From Candidatus Hydrogenedentota bacterium (lineage in GTDB: Bacteria; Hydrogenedentota; Hydrogenedentia; Hydrogenedentales; SLHB01), in assembly GCA_045863335.1 (NCBI GenBank), contig BTVY01000004.1, forward strand, positions 139,354 through 203,353: 64,000 nucleotides of DNA, written 5' to 3'. A program made the translations under genes and the position numbers. The notes under the pieces are model-generated. The model saw only the letters and a list, made by a program, of their open reading frames with translations. It made no database searches and was not told the origin of the DNA. Position 1 is the stretch's first letter. Each line of letters opens with the position of its first letter. This document shows, piece by piece, positions 8,760 to 16,780 of the stretch.

Positions 8760-10366
8760 CAGACGTACTTCTCCAACAGGGCTTCCTCGGCTTCCTTCGT
8801 CCATGCGGAGTGGGGGCCCAGCTTACCCTTGAGTTCCGGAATGCGCTCCTCGACTTCCTCGACGGGCATGAGCGGAAGCTCCGGGATTTGCGTATAGATG
8901 ACCGTCTTGCCCGGGAAGCGCGCGTCGTTCACGCCCTCAAGCCCTTCGCGGGCGGAATTCAGTCCGCCAATGGCCGCGACGCTGAGGTTCGTGTTAAGCT
9001 CGCCGGATTCGACCATTTCAAGAACCTTCCGCAAATCGCTGATGCGCGATCCGCTGGAGCCGATCATCTTGATTCCGCGGCACAGGTCTTTGATCTGGAT
9101 GTCCGCGCACTTGCCGAGACCGACGCCGGCGAAGATGTTGAGGACCGCGTTGTCCGCCGCGTACGCCATGGCCGCGGGGACAAGCGGCGCCACGGGCGCC
9201 ATGACGATGACGTCGTCATACCCGCCTGTGGCCAGGGCGTGGATTTTCTCGTCCATGGCGGCCTGCGATTCGAACTCGCTTGGCGCCAGCGTGACCAGTT
9301 TTACCCCGCGCTGCTTGGCCAAATCGCCGAAGCGGCGTTCGATGTGGTCGAGGCGTGCCCGATCGAGGTCCGTGACGACCACGAGGTTCGGTCCGCTTGA
9401 GATCTCGATGGCGCGCTGCACGTGCATCTGGCCCATGGGACCGCCCGCGCCGAGGAAGAGGGCCTCGCCGCCGGGGAGCAAGTCGTGGCGCGTGTTCGCC
9501 TGCTGGATGGACTGCAAGTCGTTTCCGCCGCCGTAGAACCGGATCCCTTCGTAGTGGATGCGCCCGATATCGAGGGAGGCCGTGCCGTCGCTGGATGGCG
9601 AACCGAGCAGGTACATGACCCCGTTCTTGTTCAAACGCGATGCCAAGGTGTTGACCAGTTCCGGGGACGGCATGGGAAGGATGATGTCGTCAAACGTGGC
9701 ATCATGGTTCAGGCCGTCTAGCGAACGAGACAGGACTTGCGCCGCCGGATATTCCTTGCGAAACGCATCCGCATCGATGTCCGTGACCACAAGAACGGCA
9801 TTGCCTTCCGCGGGCGCCATGCGCTCTTTCAGGTTGTACGACATTTCCACGCAGGCCCACGGCTCGGACAAGGCAGCCTGGCTGTAGCCCGTCTCCGGTT
9901 TGACCGGCAGCAGGTAACAACCTTCGTCGCCTTCCAGCGCCATTTCGTCCAGGTAGCAGTACTCGGCCAGGCCGCCTGGGATGAGGTAGCCAAAGGCAAA
10001 CCCGAGGCCCTTGTAGTAGATGTCCGCCTGGACGATGTACCGTTCGCCAACCTTGAACTTGTCCTTCCACTGCGACCCGACCTGGACGACCGTCGCAGCG
10101 CATTCGTGGCCGAGCACCGTCGGATCTTTCGCCAGGTCGCGGCCGCGCAGGCGAGCGTGGCTGCTGCCCTGATTGATGATCTTGATGTCGGACTGGCAAA
10201 GGCCCAGCGCATCCACGCGGAGCACGATTTCGTTGTCCTTGGCCGGCCGGAGTTCGAGGGTAACCGGTTTGCCGTCCTTGCCGACGTTCTCGATTCCTGC
10301 GCCGAACACTTGCCAGGCGTCGTAGGTCTTGGGTAGCGGTTCATCCGCTTTGCGATATTTCTCCAT
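8759..10366 (-). CDS. Zinc-dependent (MDR) dehydrogenase, L-sorbose-1-phosphate reductase (SorE)-like, with an extra internal domain
   Basis: GLCQSD, LGHE, LSEPWACV, GAGGPMG, VTDLDRARL, GLNS...FPGK; start taken at MEKYRK. Confidence 0.78.
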   Translation of the reverse strand: MEKYRKADEPLPKTYDAWQVFGAGIENVGKDGKPVTLELRPAKDNEIVLRVDALGLCQSDIKIINQGSSHARLRGRDLAKDPTVLGHECAATVVQVGSQWKDKFKVGERYIVQADIYYKGLGFAFGYLIPGGLAEYCYLDEMALEGDEGCYLLPVKPETGYSQAALSEPWACVEMSYNLKERMAPAEGNAVLVVTDIDADAFRKEYPAAQVLSRSLDGLNHDATFDDIILPMPSPELVNTLASRLNKNGVMYLLGSPSSDGTASLDIGRIHYEGIRFYGGGNDLQSIQQANTRHDLLPGGEALFLGAGGPMGQMHVQRAIEISSGPNLVVVTDLDRARLDHIERRFGDLAKQRGVKLVTLAPSEFESQAAMDEKIHALATGGYDDVIVMAPVAPLVPAAMAYAADNAVLNIFAGVGLGKCADIQIKDLCRGIKMIGSSGSRISDLRKVLEMVESGELNTNLSVAAIGGLNSAREGLEGVNDARFPGKTVIYTQIPELPLMPVEEVEERIPELKGKLGPHSAWTKEAEEALLEKYV

Positions 10367-10473
10367 AGTGGACACGTTGCGTCTCCTTATCTTGCGCGTG
10401 GGGTGAAGGGGGCGTCTTTCCAACACTCCCGTCACCGACATTCCCGCGGGATTCTACGTTCGATATTCTGTAA

Positions 10474-11238
10474 TTATGATTTCCGGTCCGCGATGCTGTT
10501 CAAGCGATAATGCTCATCGGGCCGCGTGAAGATCCGATCCACATCGTGGGGCTCCATAAAGCGCGGTCCGCCGAGGGCGTAGGTTCCCACGATGATCTGT
10601 GAGGATTTCTCCGCCATATCCGTGCAACTCGTCACGGCCTTCGGCGATCCGCCCATCGTGATGAGGCCGTGGTTCTGCATGAGAATGGCGGAGGGCAAAA
10701 CGCCTTCCGCTTCGACGTACTGTTCGAACCGCGTCTTCACCTCGCGCGCCAGCACCAGCCCCGGGTCCACGTAGGGAATCCACACGGACTTGTGCTTCAT
10801 GGACACCACCTGGTCCGGGAAGATGCGCCCCGACGCCGCTTCTTCCGCCCGCTTGGAGCAGAGGATGGCGTTGGTATACACGGGGTGCGTGTGCCCGATG
10901 AAGTTGTACTCCGGCACCCGGAGGAGGATGGCGTGAAGCATCGCCTCGACCGACGGCCGCCGCGTCTCCTTGGGATCGAGCAGGGCCTCCTTGAACACCC
11001 GCGACACATCCTCATCCCCGGCAGACGGGTCATCCAGGATGGCCGTTACTTTCGAGATGGATACGGCAACAAACCCGCTTTCGTCAATGGTCGAAAGGGT
11101 TGTGCCGGAGGCTTTTACATAAAACGAATCGTCGTCGATCCGGGCGGAGGTGTTGCCTTCGCCCAGCATGGCGTAGCCCTTCGAAGGATCGCCCAGATAC
11201 CGCGACATATCGACCAATTGCTGCATGATGTTTGACAT
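10474..11238 (-). CDS. Class II aldolase/adducin family protein (RhaD-like ketose-1-phosphate aldolase domain)
   Basis: GEGNTSAR, KASG, RPSVEAMLH, HTHP and QNHG metal ligands; start taken at MSNIMQQ. Confidence 0.85.
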   Translation of the reverse strand: MSNIMQQLVDMSRYLGDPSKGYAMLGEGNTSARIDDDSFYVKASGTTLSTIDESGFVAVSISKVTAILDDPSAGDEDVSRVFKEALLDPKETRRPSVEAMLHAILLRVPEYNFIGHTHPVYTNAILCSKRAEEAASGRIFPDQVVSMKHKSVWIPYVDPGLVLAREVKTRFEQYVEAEGVLPSAILMQNHGLITMGGSPKAVTSCTDMAEKSSQIIVGTYALGGPRFMEPHDVDRIFTRPDEHYRLNSIADRKS

Positions 11239-11311
11239 AGCTGTACCGCGTCCCCTGTCCGTAAAAACACATGGATTGCCAGAGTATAGCAGGAAGGGGG
11301 GCGGCGATTGT

Positions 11312-11344
11312 AACTGCTCGCGGCTGCAAACTGCTCGCGGCTGC
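11312..11344. repeat. Perfect 16-bp direct repeat (period 17) in a divergent promoter region
   Basis: AACTGCTCGCGGCTGC at 11312-11327 and 11329-11344, just before TATAAT at 11347. Confidence 0.85.
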
Positions 11345-11419
11345 GCTATAATGGCGACGGAGGACAGGTCGGACAAGGCCGATGACCGGGGATCGGCTTT
11401 TCGTTGGGGAGTGCTTCGA

Positions 11420-11878
11420 ATGGTCTACATCAGGGCGAATGAGTTGCGCTATCTAGCTCTACATCTTCTGATCGTATTCGCGGTGGTGTTCGCTGTTATC
11501 GTTCCACTCGTCGTGAACTCCAACGAATCGTTTGGGTACGCCCTGTTCATTGCTTTCGATTTCGCGGTGACTATCTTCTGTTTGCGGTGGTGGTGCCCGC
11601 CTCTTTTTGACGATACATTGACATTCAGTGATCGTTTCGACGTAACAATCGATGATCGGGGAATCGGCGGACCGATCCGCGCAGGCACTTTTGGGTTTGC
11701 TCGACAGGAGGTCGTGCCGGTCGACAGGATCGACCTGACCCGATGCCGATACAACACCATGTTCGGCTCGTATCTCGCATTGAAGGACGGCCGTCGCCTG
11801 ATCGTCAGCTCGTTCGCCCACTCGGCAGAGAATGTCAGGCGCGTGTTCGAGGAAGTCCGCCGCCGAGTAGAAAAATAG
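11420..11878 (+). CDS. Hypothetical protein with two TM helices and a PH-like C-terminal domain
   Basis: GGGAG RBS, two hydrophobic helices, beta-rich tail; TATAAT upstream. Confidence 0.6.
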   Translation: MVYIRANELRYLALHLLIVFAVVFAVIVPLVVNSNESFGYALFIAFDFAVTIFCLRWWCPPLFDDTLTFSDRFDVTIDDRGIGGPIRAGTFGFARQEVVPVDRIDLTRCRYNTMFGSYLALKDGRRLIVSSFAHSAENVRRVFEEVRRRVEK

Positions 11879-11959
11879 GGACAGTTCCCTTTTCGTTTTT
11901 GAAGCGCCAAGATTGAGCCCCAGTGCCTGAGAAACGAAAAGGGAACTGTCCCCATTTTT
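11871..11959. repeat. 28-bp inverted repeat (REP/MITE-like element)
   Basis: AAAAATAGGGACAGTTCCCTTTTCGTTT (11871-11898) and AAACGAAAAGGGAACTGTCCCCATTTTT (11932-11959), 1 mismatch, between convergent genes. Confidence 0.85.
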
Positions 11960-11998
11960 CATCCGATCGTTTGACCAACCGGAATCTTTACGCAGCTA

Positions 11999-12955
11999 TT
12001 ACTTCCCGATGGCGTCCCGGCGTTGTTTGAGTTCGCGCCAGGTGGTGAGGATGATGCCTTCTTCTTCGATTGCTTTCTTCACTGCGGGATCGATCAGGGC
12101 GTTGTAATCGCCGAAGACGGTTTCGCGGTTGTTTGTGATCGCCTTGCCTTCTTCCGTGGGTTTGGTGGGATGGCAGTTGAACCAGGTAACACCTGGTTTC
12201 AGCGTACGGATCATGTCCACGTATTCCGCGGTCTTGTCCACGCTCTTCCAGGAGTAGCTGCGCGTGTCGATGTCGTCGAGCACGGGAAGGCCCGCCTCCC
12301 AGACCTTCTCTGCGTAGGGGCGCAATTGCTCGTAAGCTTCCGCGTCTTCCTGGCCGACGATGGTGCCGTGGCCTCCGGCGATGAGCAGGGGAATCTGCTT
12401 TTCGATGCCGACCTTCAGGTAGCGCTCGAAGTACTCGGGTGTGGCAAACAGCGTGCCCATGTGCGAATCGAGGTGTGTGATTTCGATTCCCATCTTCTCC
12501 GCGAGGGCGATTTGGGCCCGTAGTTCCTGTTCCACCTCATCGGCCGTTGCGTTCTGGACGACTTGGCCGACGTTGTCGTGCATGAAGCCCATGGCGTCGA
12601 CCAACCCCGGCACGGCGTCCCGGCCGGCGACGGGCGACCATCGGTAGGGGTCCCACTCCGCCGTGTAAGTCAGGTGCAATCCAGCGCATACGTTCGGATT
12701 CTGCTTCAGATAGGCGACGAACTCGGGAACCCAGGAACAGGGCATCATGATGCTGACGGAAGTAACGGTGCCCGCTTCGAGGGTGGCGATCGTGCCCGCA
12801 TTGGCGGCGTGGCACATGCCCGCGTCGTCGGCGTGGATCATAAGGACCCTGGCGCCCTTGGGCCAGCCGAGTTTTTCGGCGTAGGTTTCTTCCTGGGCGA
12901 GGGCGACGTTGATTGACAAGGAAAAGACAAGACTGAGCAGGATTACCATTCGCAT
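11999..12955 (-). CDS. Secreted ChbG/YdjC-family carbohydrate deacetylase
   Basis: Signal peptide, HADDAG, GLHL, THLDSHMG, CHP. Confidence 0.85.
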   Translation of the reverse strand: MRMVILLSLVFSLSINVALAQEETYAEKLGWPKGARVLMIHADDAGMCHAANAGTIATLEAGTVTSVSIMMPCSWVPEFVAYLKQNPNVCAGLHLTYTAEWDPYRWSPVAGRDAVPGLVDAMGFMHDNVGQVVQNATADEVEQELRAQIALAEKMGIEITHLDSHMGTLFATPEYFERYLKVGIEKQIPLLIAGGHGTIVGQEDAEAYEQLRPYAEKVWEAGLPVLDDIDTRSYSWKSVDKTAEYVDMIRTLKPGVTWFNCHPTKPTEEGKAITNNRETVFGDYNALIDPAVKKAIEEEGIILTTWRELKQRRDAIGK

Positions 12956-13034
12956 GTTAAGAATCTCCGTAATTCAGAAAAAGCCTGACCGGGATTATTG
13001 CACATCGGTAGGGGGCTTTTCGCGTGGGCCGGGA

Positions 13035-14690
13035 TCACTCCATCTGGAAGGCAAGCAACGTCGTGTCGTCCTGGACCGGCGCGTTGCTCCGCCAACGGGT
13101 CAGCGCATTCTTTACAGCGAGAACCGAATCCTCGAGCGGAAGCTCACGGGTTTCTCGCAGCAACTCGATGAGCCGATCCTCTCCGAAGATCATGTTATCC
13201 ATGTTCATAGCCTCCATGACGCCGTCAGAATACAGAAAGACGCGATCCCCCGTGTTCAGGGTCGTGGAAGCCTCCCGGTATGATTCGTCAGCAATGCCGA
13301 CGGGAAGTCCGTGGGGTTTGAATGTCTGATGCACACCGTCCCGGGATAGGACGATGGGGCTGGGATGTCCGGCACAGGCGAACCGGAACTCTCGTTTCTT
13401 CGGGTTTACGATGGCATACAGGATGGTGAAAAACTGGTTGGATTCCGAGTCCCAGGTGTACGTTTTGTTGAGTTGTTCGATCACCTTGGCGGGTTCCATG
13501 ATGCGGCGGTCCCGAGCGTCGTCATTTGGCGTAGATTCGTAGACGAGCGACGCCGCTCCCGCGCCCGGTTGGAGCAAGCGGCTTACGCTCGTAGACAACA
13601 GCGCGGATCCCGTGCCGTGTCCGGTCACGTCGAGCACGTACATGGCCGTGTGGTCGTCATCGAGCCGGACGATGTTCAGCATGTCTCCCGCCAACGCGTC
13701 GCAGGGTTCGAAAAACCACGCCACGCGAAGGCCGGGGATTTGCAGCCGTAGCGGCGGGAGCTGGGCCCGCTGGATCTGCGCCGCCGTGCGGAGGTCGCGG
13801 AGCAAGCGATCGTTGAGCCGCTTGAGTTCCGTCGACGTTTCTTGGAGCCGTCGTTCGGTCTCGACCCGTTCGGTGATGTCGGATTGCACACCCACGAAAT
13901 GAGTGATTTTTCCCGACGCGTCGCGAATCGGTGTAATCGAGAGACGGTTCCAGAAGATCGAGCCATCCTTTCGATAGTTCTTCAATTCGACAACACAATT
14001 CCGGCCTTCGTTAATGGCCGCCCGGATCTCGGCGCGCGCGGCATCGTTGGATTCGGGCCCCTGCAGGAAACGGCAATTGCGGCCGAGAACTTCGGCACGG
14101 GTGTATCCTGTGATCGCCTCGAAGCCGTCGTTGATGTAGATCAGTGGATTGTCCGGCAAGCGCCGGTCGCTGATCGTGATGCCCTCCAGTGTCGCGGCCA
14201 TGGCTCGTTCACGGAGCATGACATCTTCACCCGCACGGCGTTCGCTGGTGACATCCCGCATGATGAGTACGACGGCCGGTTGGGCGGATTCCGCGTCTAT
14301 GCGGGCTGCAAACGCATGATAGATGCGGAGATTCAACCGGTCGCCGCGGACAACAGCGATCTCGTCCGCCGCTTCGTCAGCACCGCGAAGGACGATGGAA
14401 AGGGGAAACCGTTCCGGGGCGTAGGTTTGACCCGGGTCGCGGGGGTCCCGCAAATCGACAACGCGAATCCACGCCGGATCCGTTACGTCGGCTACCGCTT
14501 GTACCCACAGGTCCTGCGCAGCGCGATTGGCGAACAGAACGCGTCCGGCAGCGTCTGCAATCAGTATTGCGTCCGACGAAATGTCCAAGGCTGCTCGAAG
14601 CGTTGTGAGGTTCACATCGGTGTTCCTGTACGGCTGTGGAATCCCGAGGCTCCAACTGAATTCCCGGTGGTATTGTAACGCACTTGCCAC
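13035..14690 (-). CDS. PAS-LOV-coiled coil-SpoIIE/PP2C phosphatase (RsbP/RsbU-like blue-light sensor)
   Basis: LOV core GRNCRFLQ, NYRKDG, FWN, GVQSDIT; PP2C motifs AGD, DVTGHG, AGHP, LYSDG, QDDTT; start uncertain. Confidence 0.9.
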   Translation of the reverse strand: MASALQYHREFSWSLGIPQPYRNTDVNLTTLRAALDISSDAILIADAAGRVLFANRAAQDLWVQAVADVTDPAWIRVVDLRDPRDPGQTYAPERFPLSIVLRGADEAADEIAVVRGDRLNLRIYHAFAARIDAESAQPAVVLIMRDVTSERRAGEDVMLRERAMAATLEGITISDRRLPDNPLIYINDGFEAITGYTRAEVLGRNCRFLQGPESNDAARAEIRAAINEGRNCVVELKNYRKDGSIFWNRLSITPIRDASGKITHFVGVQSDITERVETERRLQETSTELKRLNDRLLRDLRTAAQIQRAQLPPLRLQIPGLRVAWFFEPCDALAGDMLNIVRLDDDHTAMYVLDVTGHGTGSALLSTSVSRLLQPGAGAASLVYESTPNDDARDRRIMEPAKVIEQLNKTYTWDSESNQFFTILYAIVNPKKREFRFACAGHPSPIVLSRDGVHQTFKPHGLPVGIADESYREASTTLNTGDRVFLYSDGVMEAMNMDNMIFGEDRLIELLRETRELPLEDSVLAVKNALTRWRSNAPVQDDTTLLAFQME

Positions 14691-14836
14691 TCCTTCATGA
14701 TATTCAGGAGAGAATGGATTCTGTGTGGGATTTGCCGGTATCCAAATGATCGCGATACATGGAACGCAAACCGCGAAGCCGGCGTGTGCGGGCAGATCCC
14801 GCGCTTTGGCAGGCTACCGTGACGGGAGGAATCACC

Positions 14837-16051
14837 ATGAAACGGATGATGGTAGCAGTGTTGACGGTCGTGGGCTGGTTGGCGACAGCTGCGGAAGCGC
14901 CTTTCTACGAGAGTAGATTCATTTTTGACCCTGCCGCTGTTGAGAGCCACGGGCATGTCCACGCGTCGAGTATCGTTGAGTGCCCGAACGGCGATCTGCG
15001 CGCGGTTTGGTATGAGAACGGCTCCGCTCTTCCCGAAGGCTACTATGCCGAAGACCGCGACAAGAGCGACAATGTCCGCATCGGCGGGGCGCGGCGTCCG
15101 GCGGGCGAAGCGGAATGGGAGACACCGTTCGTCATGGCGGATACCTTCGGTGTGTCGGATAACAATCCCTGCATGGTTGTGGACGACGAGAAGCGACTAT
15201 GGCTCATCTATCCCACGCTCCTGGGCGTTCCCGATTGGACCTGGGGTAGCGGCCTCGTGCGATACCGTGTCGCCAGCGACTACGAGAAACCCGGAGCGCC
15301 GACTTGGGAAAAGTCGGACATCCTGATTCCACGGGTGGACGACCTGCGCCCGATGGTTGACGCATACCTTGATGATATGGTCGCATCCGGACAATGGACG
15401 GAGGAGCGCCGGGCGGAACTGGCCAAGCGCGTGGAGCAGATGTTTGCGAATCCTCTCGCGGAGCGTTTGGGATGGATGCCGCGCGCCCATCCGCTTGTGC
15501 GGTCCGACGGTGCGGTCGTCGTGCCCCTCTCCAACGAGAACTTCTCCATTCCCTGTATGGCCATTACGCGAGACGGCGGCGAAACGTGGACGTTTTCGAA
15601 CCTGGTTCCGGAAGCAGGACTTACACAACCTACGTTGGTCGAGTTTCCGGATGGGGATATTCACGCGTTCTTCCGCAACGGGGGTCCCGAACGCCGCATC
15701 AAGCGCAGCATATCCAAAGACGGCGGGATGACATGGGGGGCAATCACAACCACGGATCTGCTGCATCCCGGCGCGGGTATCGAGGCGATTGTGCTGAACA
15801 ACGGCCACCTGCTGATGGCGTATAACGACGTGGAAGAGGGTCCGCGGGACAAGCTGGCCGTTTCCATTTCGGACGACCGCGGTGAAACCTGGAAATGGAC
15901 GCGGCATCTCGAAGACACGCCGGACGGCCGCTTCGATTATCCGTCCATCGTTCAGGCAAAGGATGGGACATTACACGCCACGTATAGTTTCAACCTAGAG
16001 ACCATCAAGCATGTGCACTTCAACGAAGCGTGGGTGATGGAAGGCGACTGA
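14837..16051 (+). CDS. Secreted BNR/Asp-box sialidase-like protein
   Basis: Signal peptide, Asp boxes TRDGGETW, SKDGGMTW, SDDRGETW, DYPSIVQ; GGAGGA RBS. Confidence 0.85.
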   Translation: MKRMMVAVLTVVGWLATAAEAPFYESRFIFDPAAVESHGHVHASSIVECPNGDLRAVWYENGSALPEGYYAEDRDKSDNVRIGGARRPAGEAEWETPFVMADTFGVSDNNPCMVVDDEKRLWLIYPTLLGVPDWTWGSGLVRYRVASDYEKPGAPTWEKSDILIPRVDDLRPMVDAYLDDMVASGQWTEERRAELAKRVEQMFANPLAERLGWMPRAHPLVRSDGAVVVPLSNENFSIPCMAITRDGGETWTFSNLVPEAGLTQPTLVEFPDGDIHAFFRNGGPERRIKRSISKDGGMTWGAITTTDLLHPGAGIEAIVLNNGHLLMAYNDVEEGPRDKLAVSISDDRGETWKWTRHLEDTPDGRFDYPSIVQAKDGTLHATYSFNLETIKHVHFNEAWVMEGD

Positions 16052-16091
16052 TCCCGACGACTCGTGCAACAAAGACGGAAGGAGCGGACCT

Positions 16092-16727
16092 GTGACCGAA
16101 TCAGATAAGGCATCTTCCCTGGTTCCCGTCGGAGTATTCACGATCGCATACTTGGCGATCGCGACCATTACTGCGTTCGCCAGAGGTAACCAGGAATTCA
16201 TCTTTTACATTGTTGTCGTGGCGCTTCTGATCGGCGCGGTCCTCATCGTTCACCGGCGCGTTCACCTCAGCCCGGGCGTGTTGTGGGCGCTCAGCATCTG
16301 GGGGCTGGCGCACATGATGGGCGGTCTCGTCCGCGTGCCGGAAGGCTGGCCCATCAATGGCGACATTCGCGTGCTTTACAGTCTGTGGATCGTTCCGAAC
16401 TACCTGAAGTACGACCACGTCGTCCACGCCTACGGGTTCGGCACGACCACCTGGGTGTGCTGGCAGGGGCTGCGTTCGATCCTGGGAGCCTACACGACAA
16501 ATCCTCAGCCGACATTCGGGTTGATGGTGCTGTCCGCGACGGCGGGATTGGGTTTCGGCGCGCTCAACGAAGTAGTCGAATTCGCGGCCGTGCTGCTCGT
16601 CCCTGAGACCAACGTGGGCGGCTACATCAACACCGGCTGGGATCTCGTGGCCAATTCCGTAGGCGCGACGACGGCCGCGCTGCTTATTTTCGTCTTTGAC
16701 CGGTCCAGATCAGTGGATTCAAAGTAG
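16092..16727 (+). CDS. DUF2238-like membrane protein
   Basis: LAHMMGG, YDHVVH, NEVVEF, NTGWDLVAN in TM context. Confidence 0.75.
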   Translation: MTESDKASSLVPVGVFTIAYLAIATITAFARGNQEFIFYIVVVALLIGAVLIVHRRVHLSPGVLWALSIWGLAHMMGGLVRVPEGWPINGDIRVLYSLWIVPNYLKYDHVVHAYGFGTTTWVCWQGLRSILGAYTTNPQPTFGLMVLSATAGLGFGALNEVVEFAAVLLVPETNVGGYINTGWDLVANSVGATTAALLIFVFDRSRSVDSK

Positions 16728-16780
16728 CGCCGCCCGTGCAGTGCGGCAGCGTTTAAAAACAAGTGTGGGGGAATTGGAAC

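Noticed and set aside
11449-11962. Minus-strand ORFs starting MGTVPFSF or MKNGDSSL
   Set aside because: They start inside the inverted-repeat element and are antisense to a more plausible membrane-protein gene.
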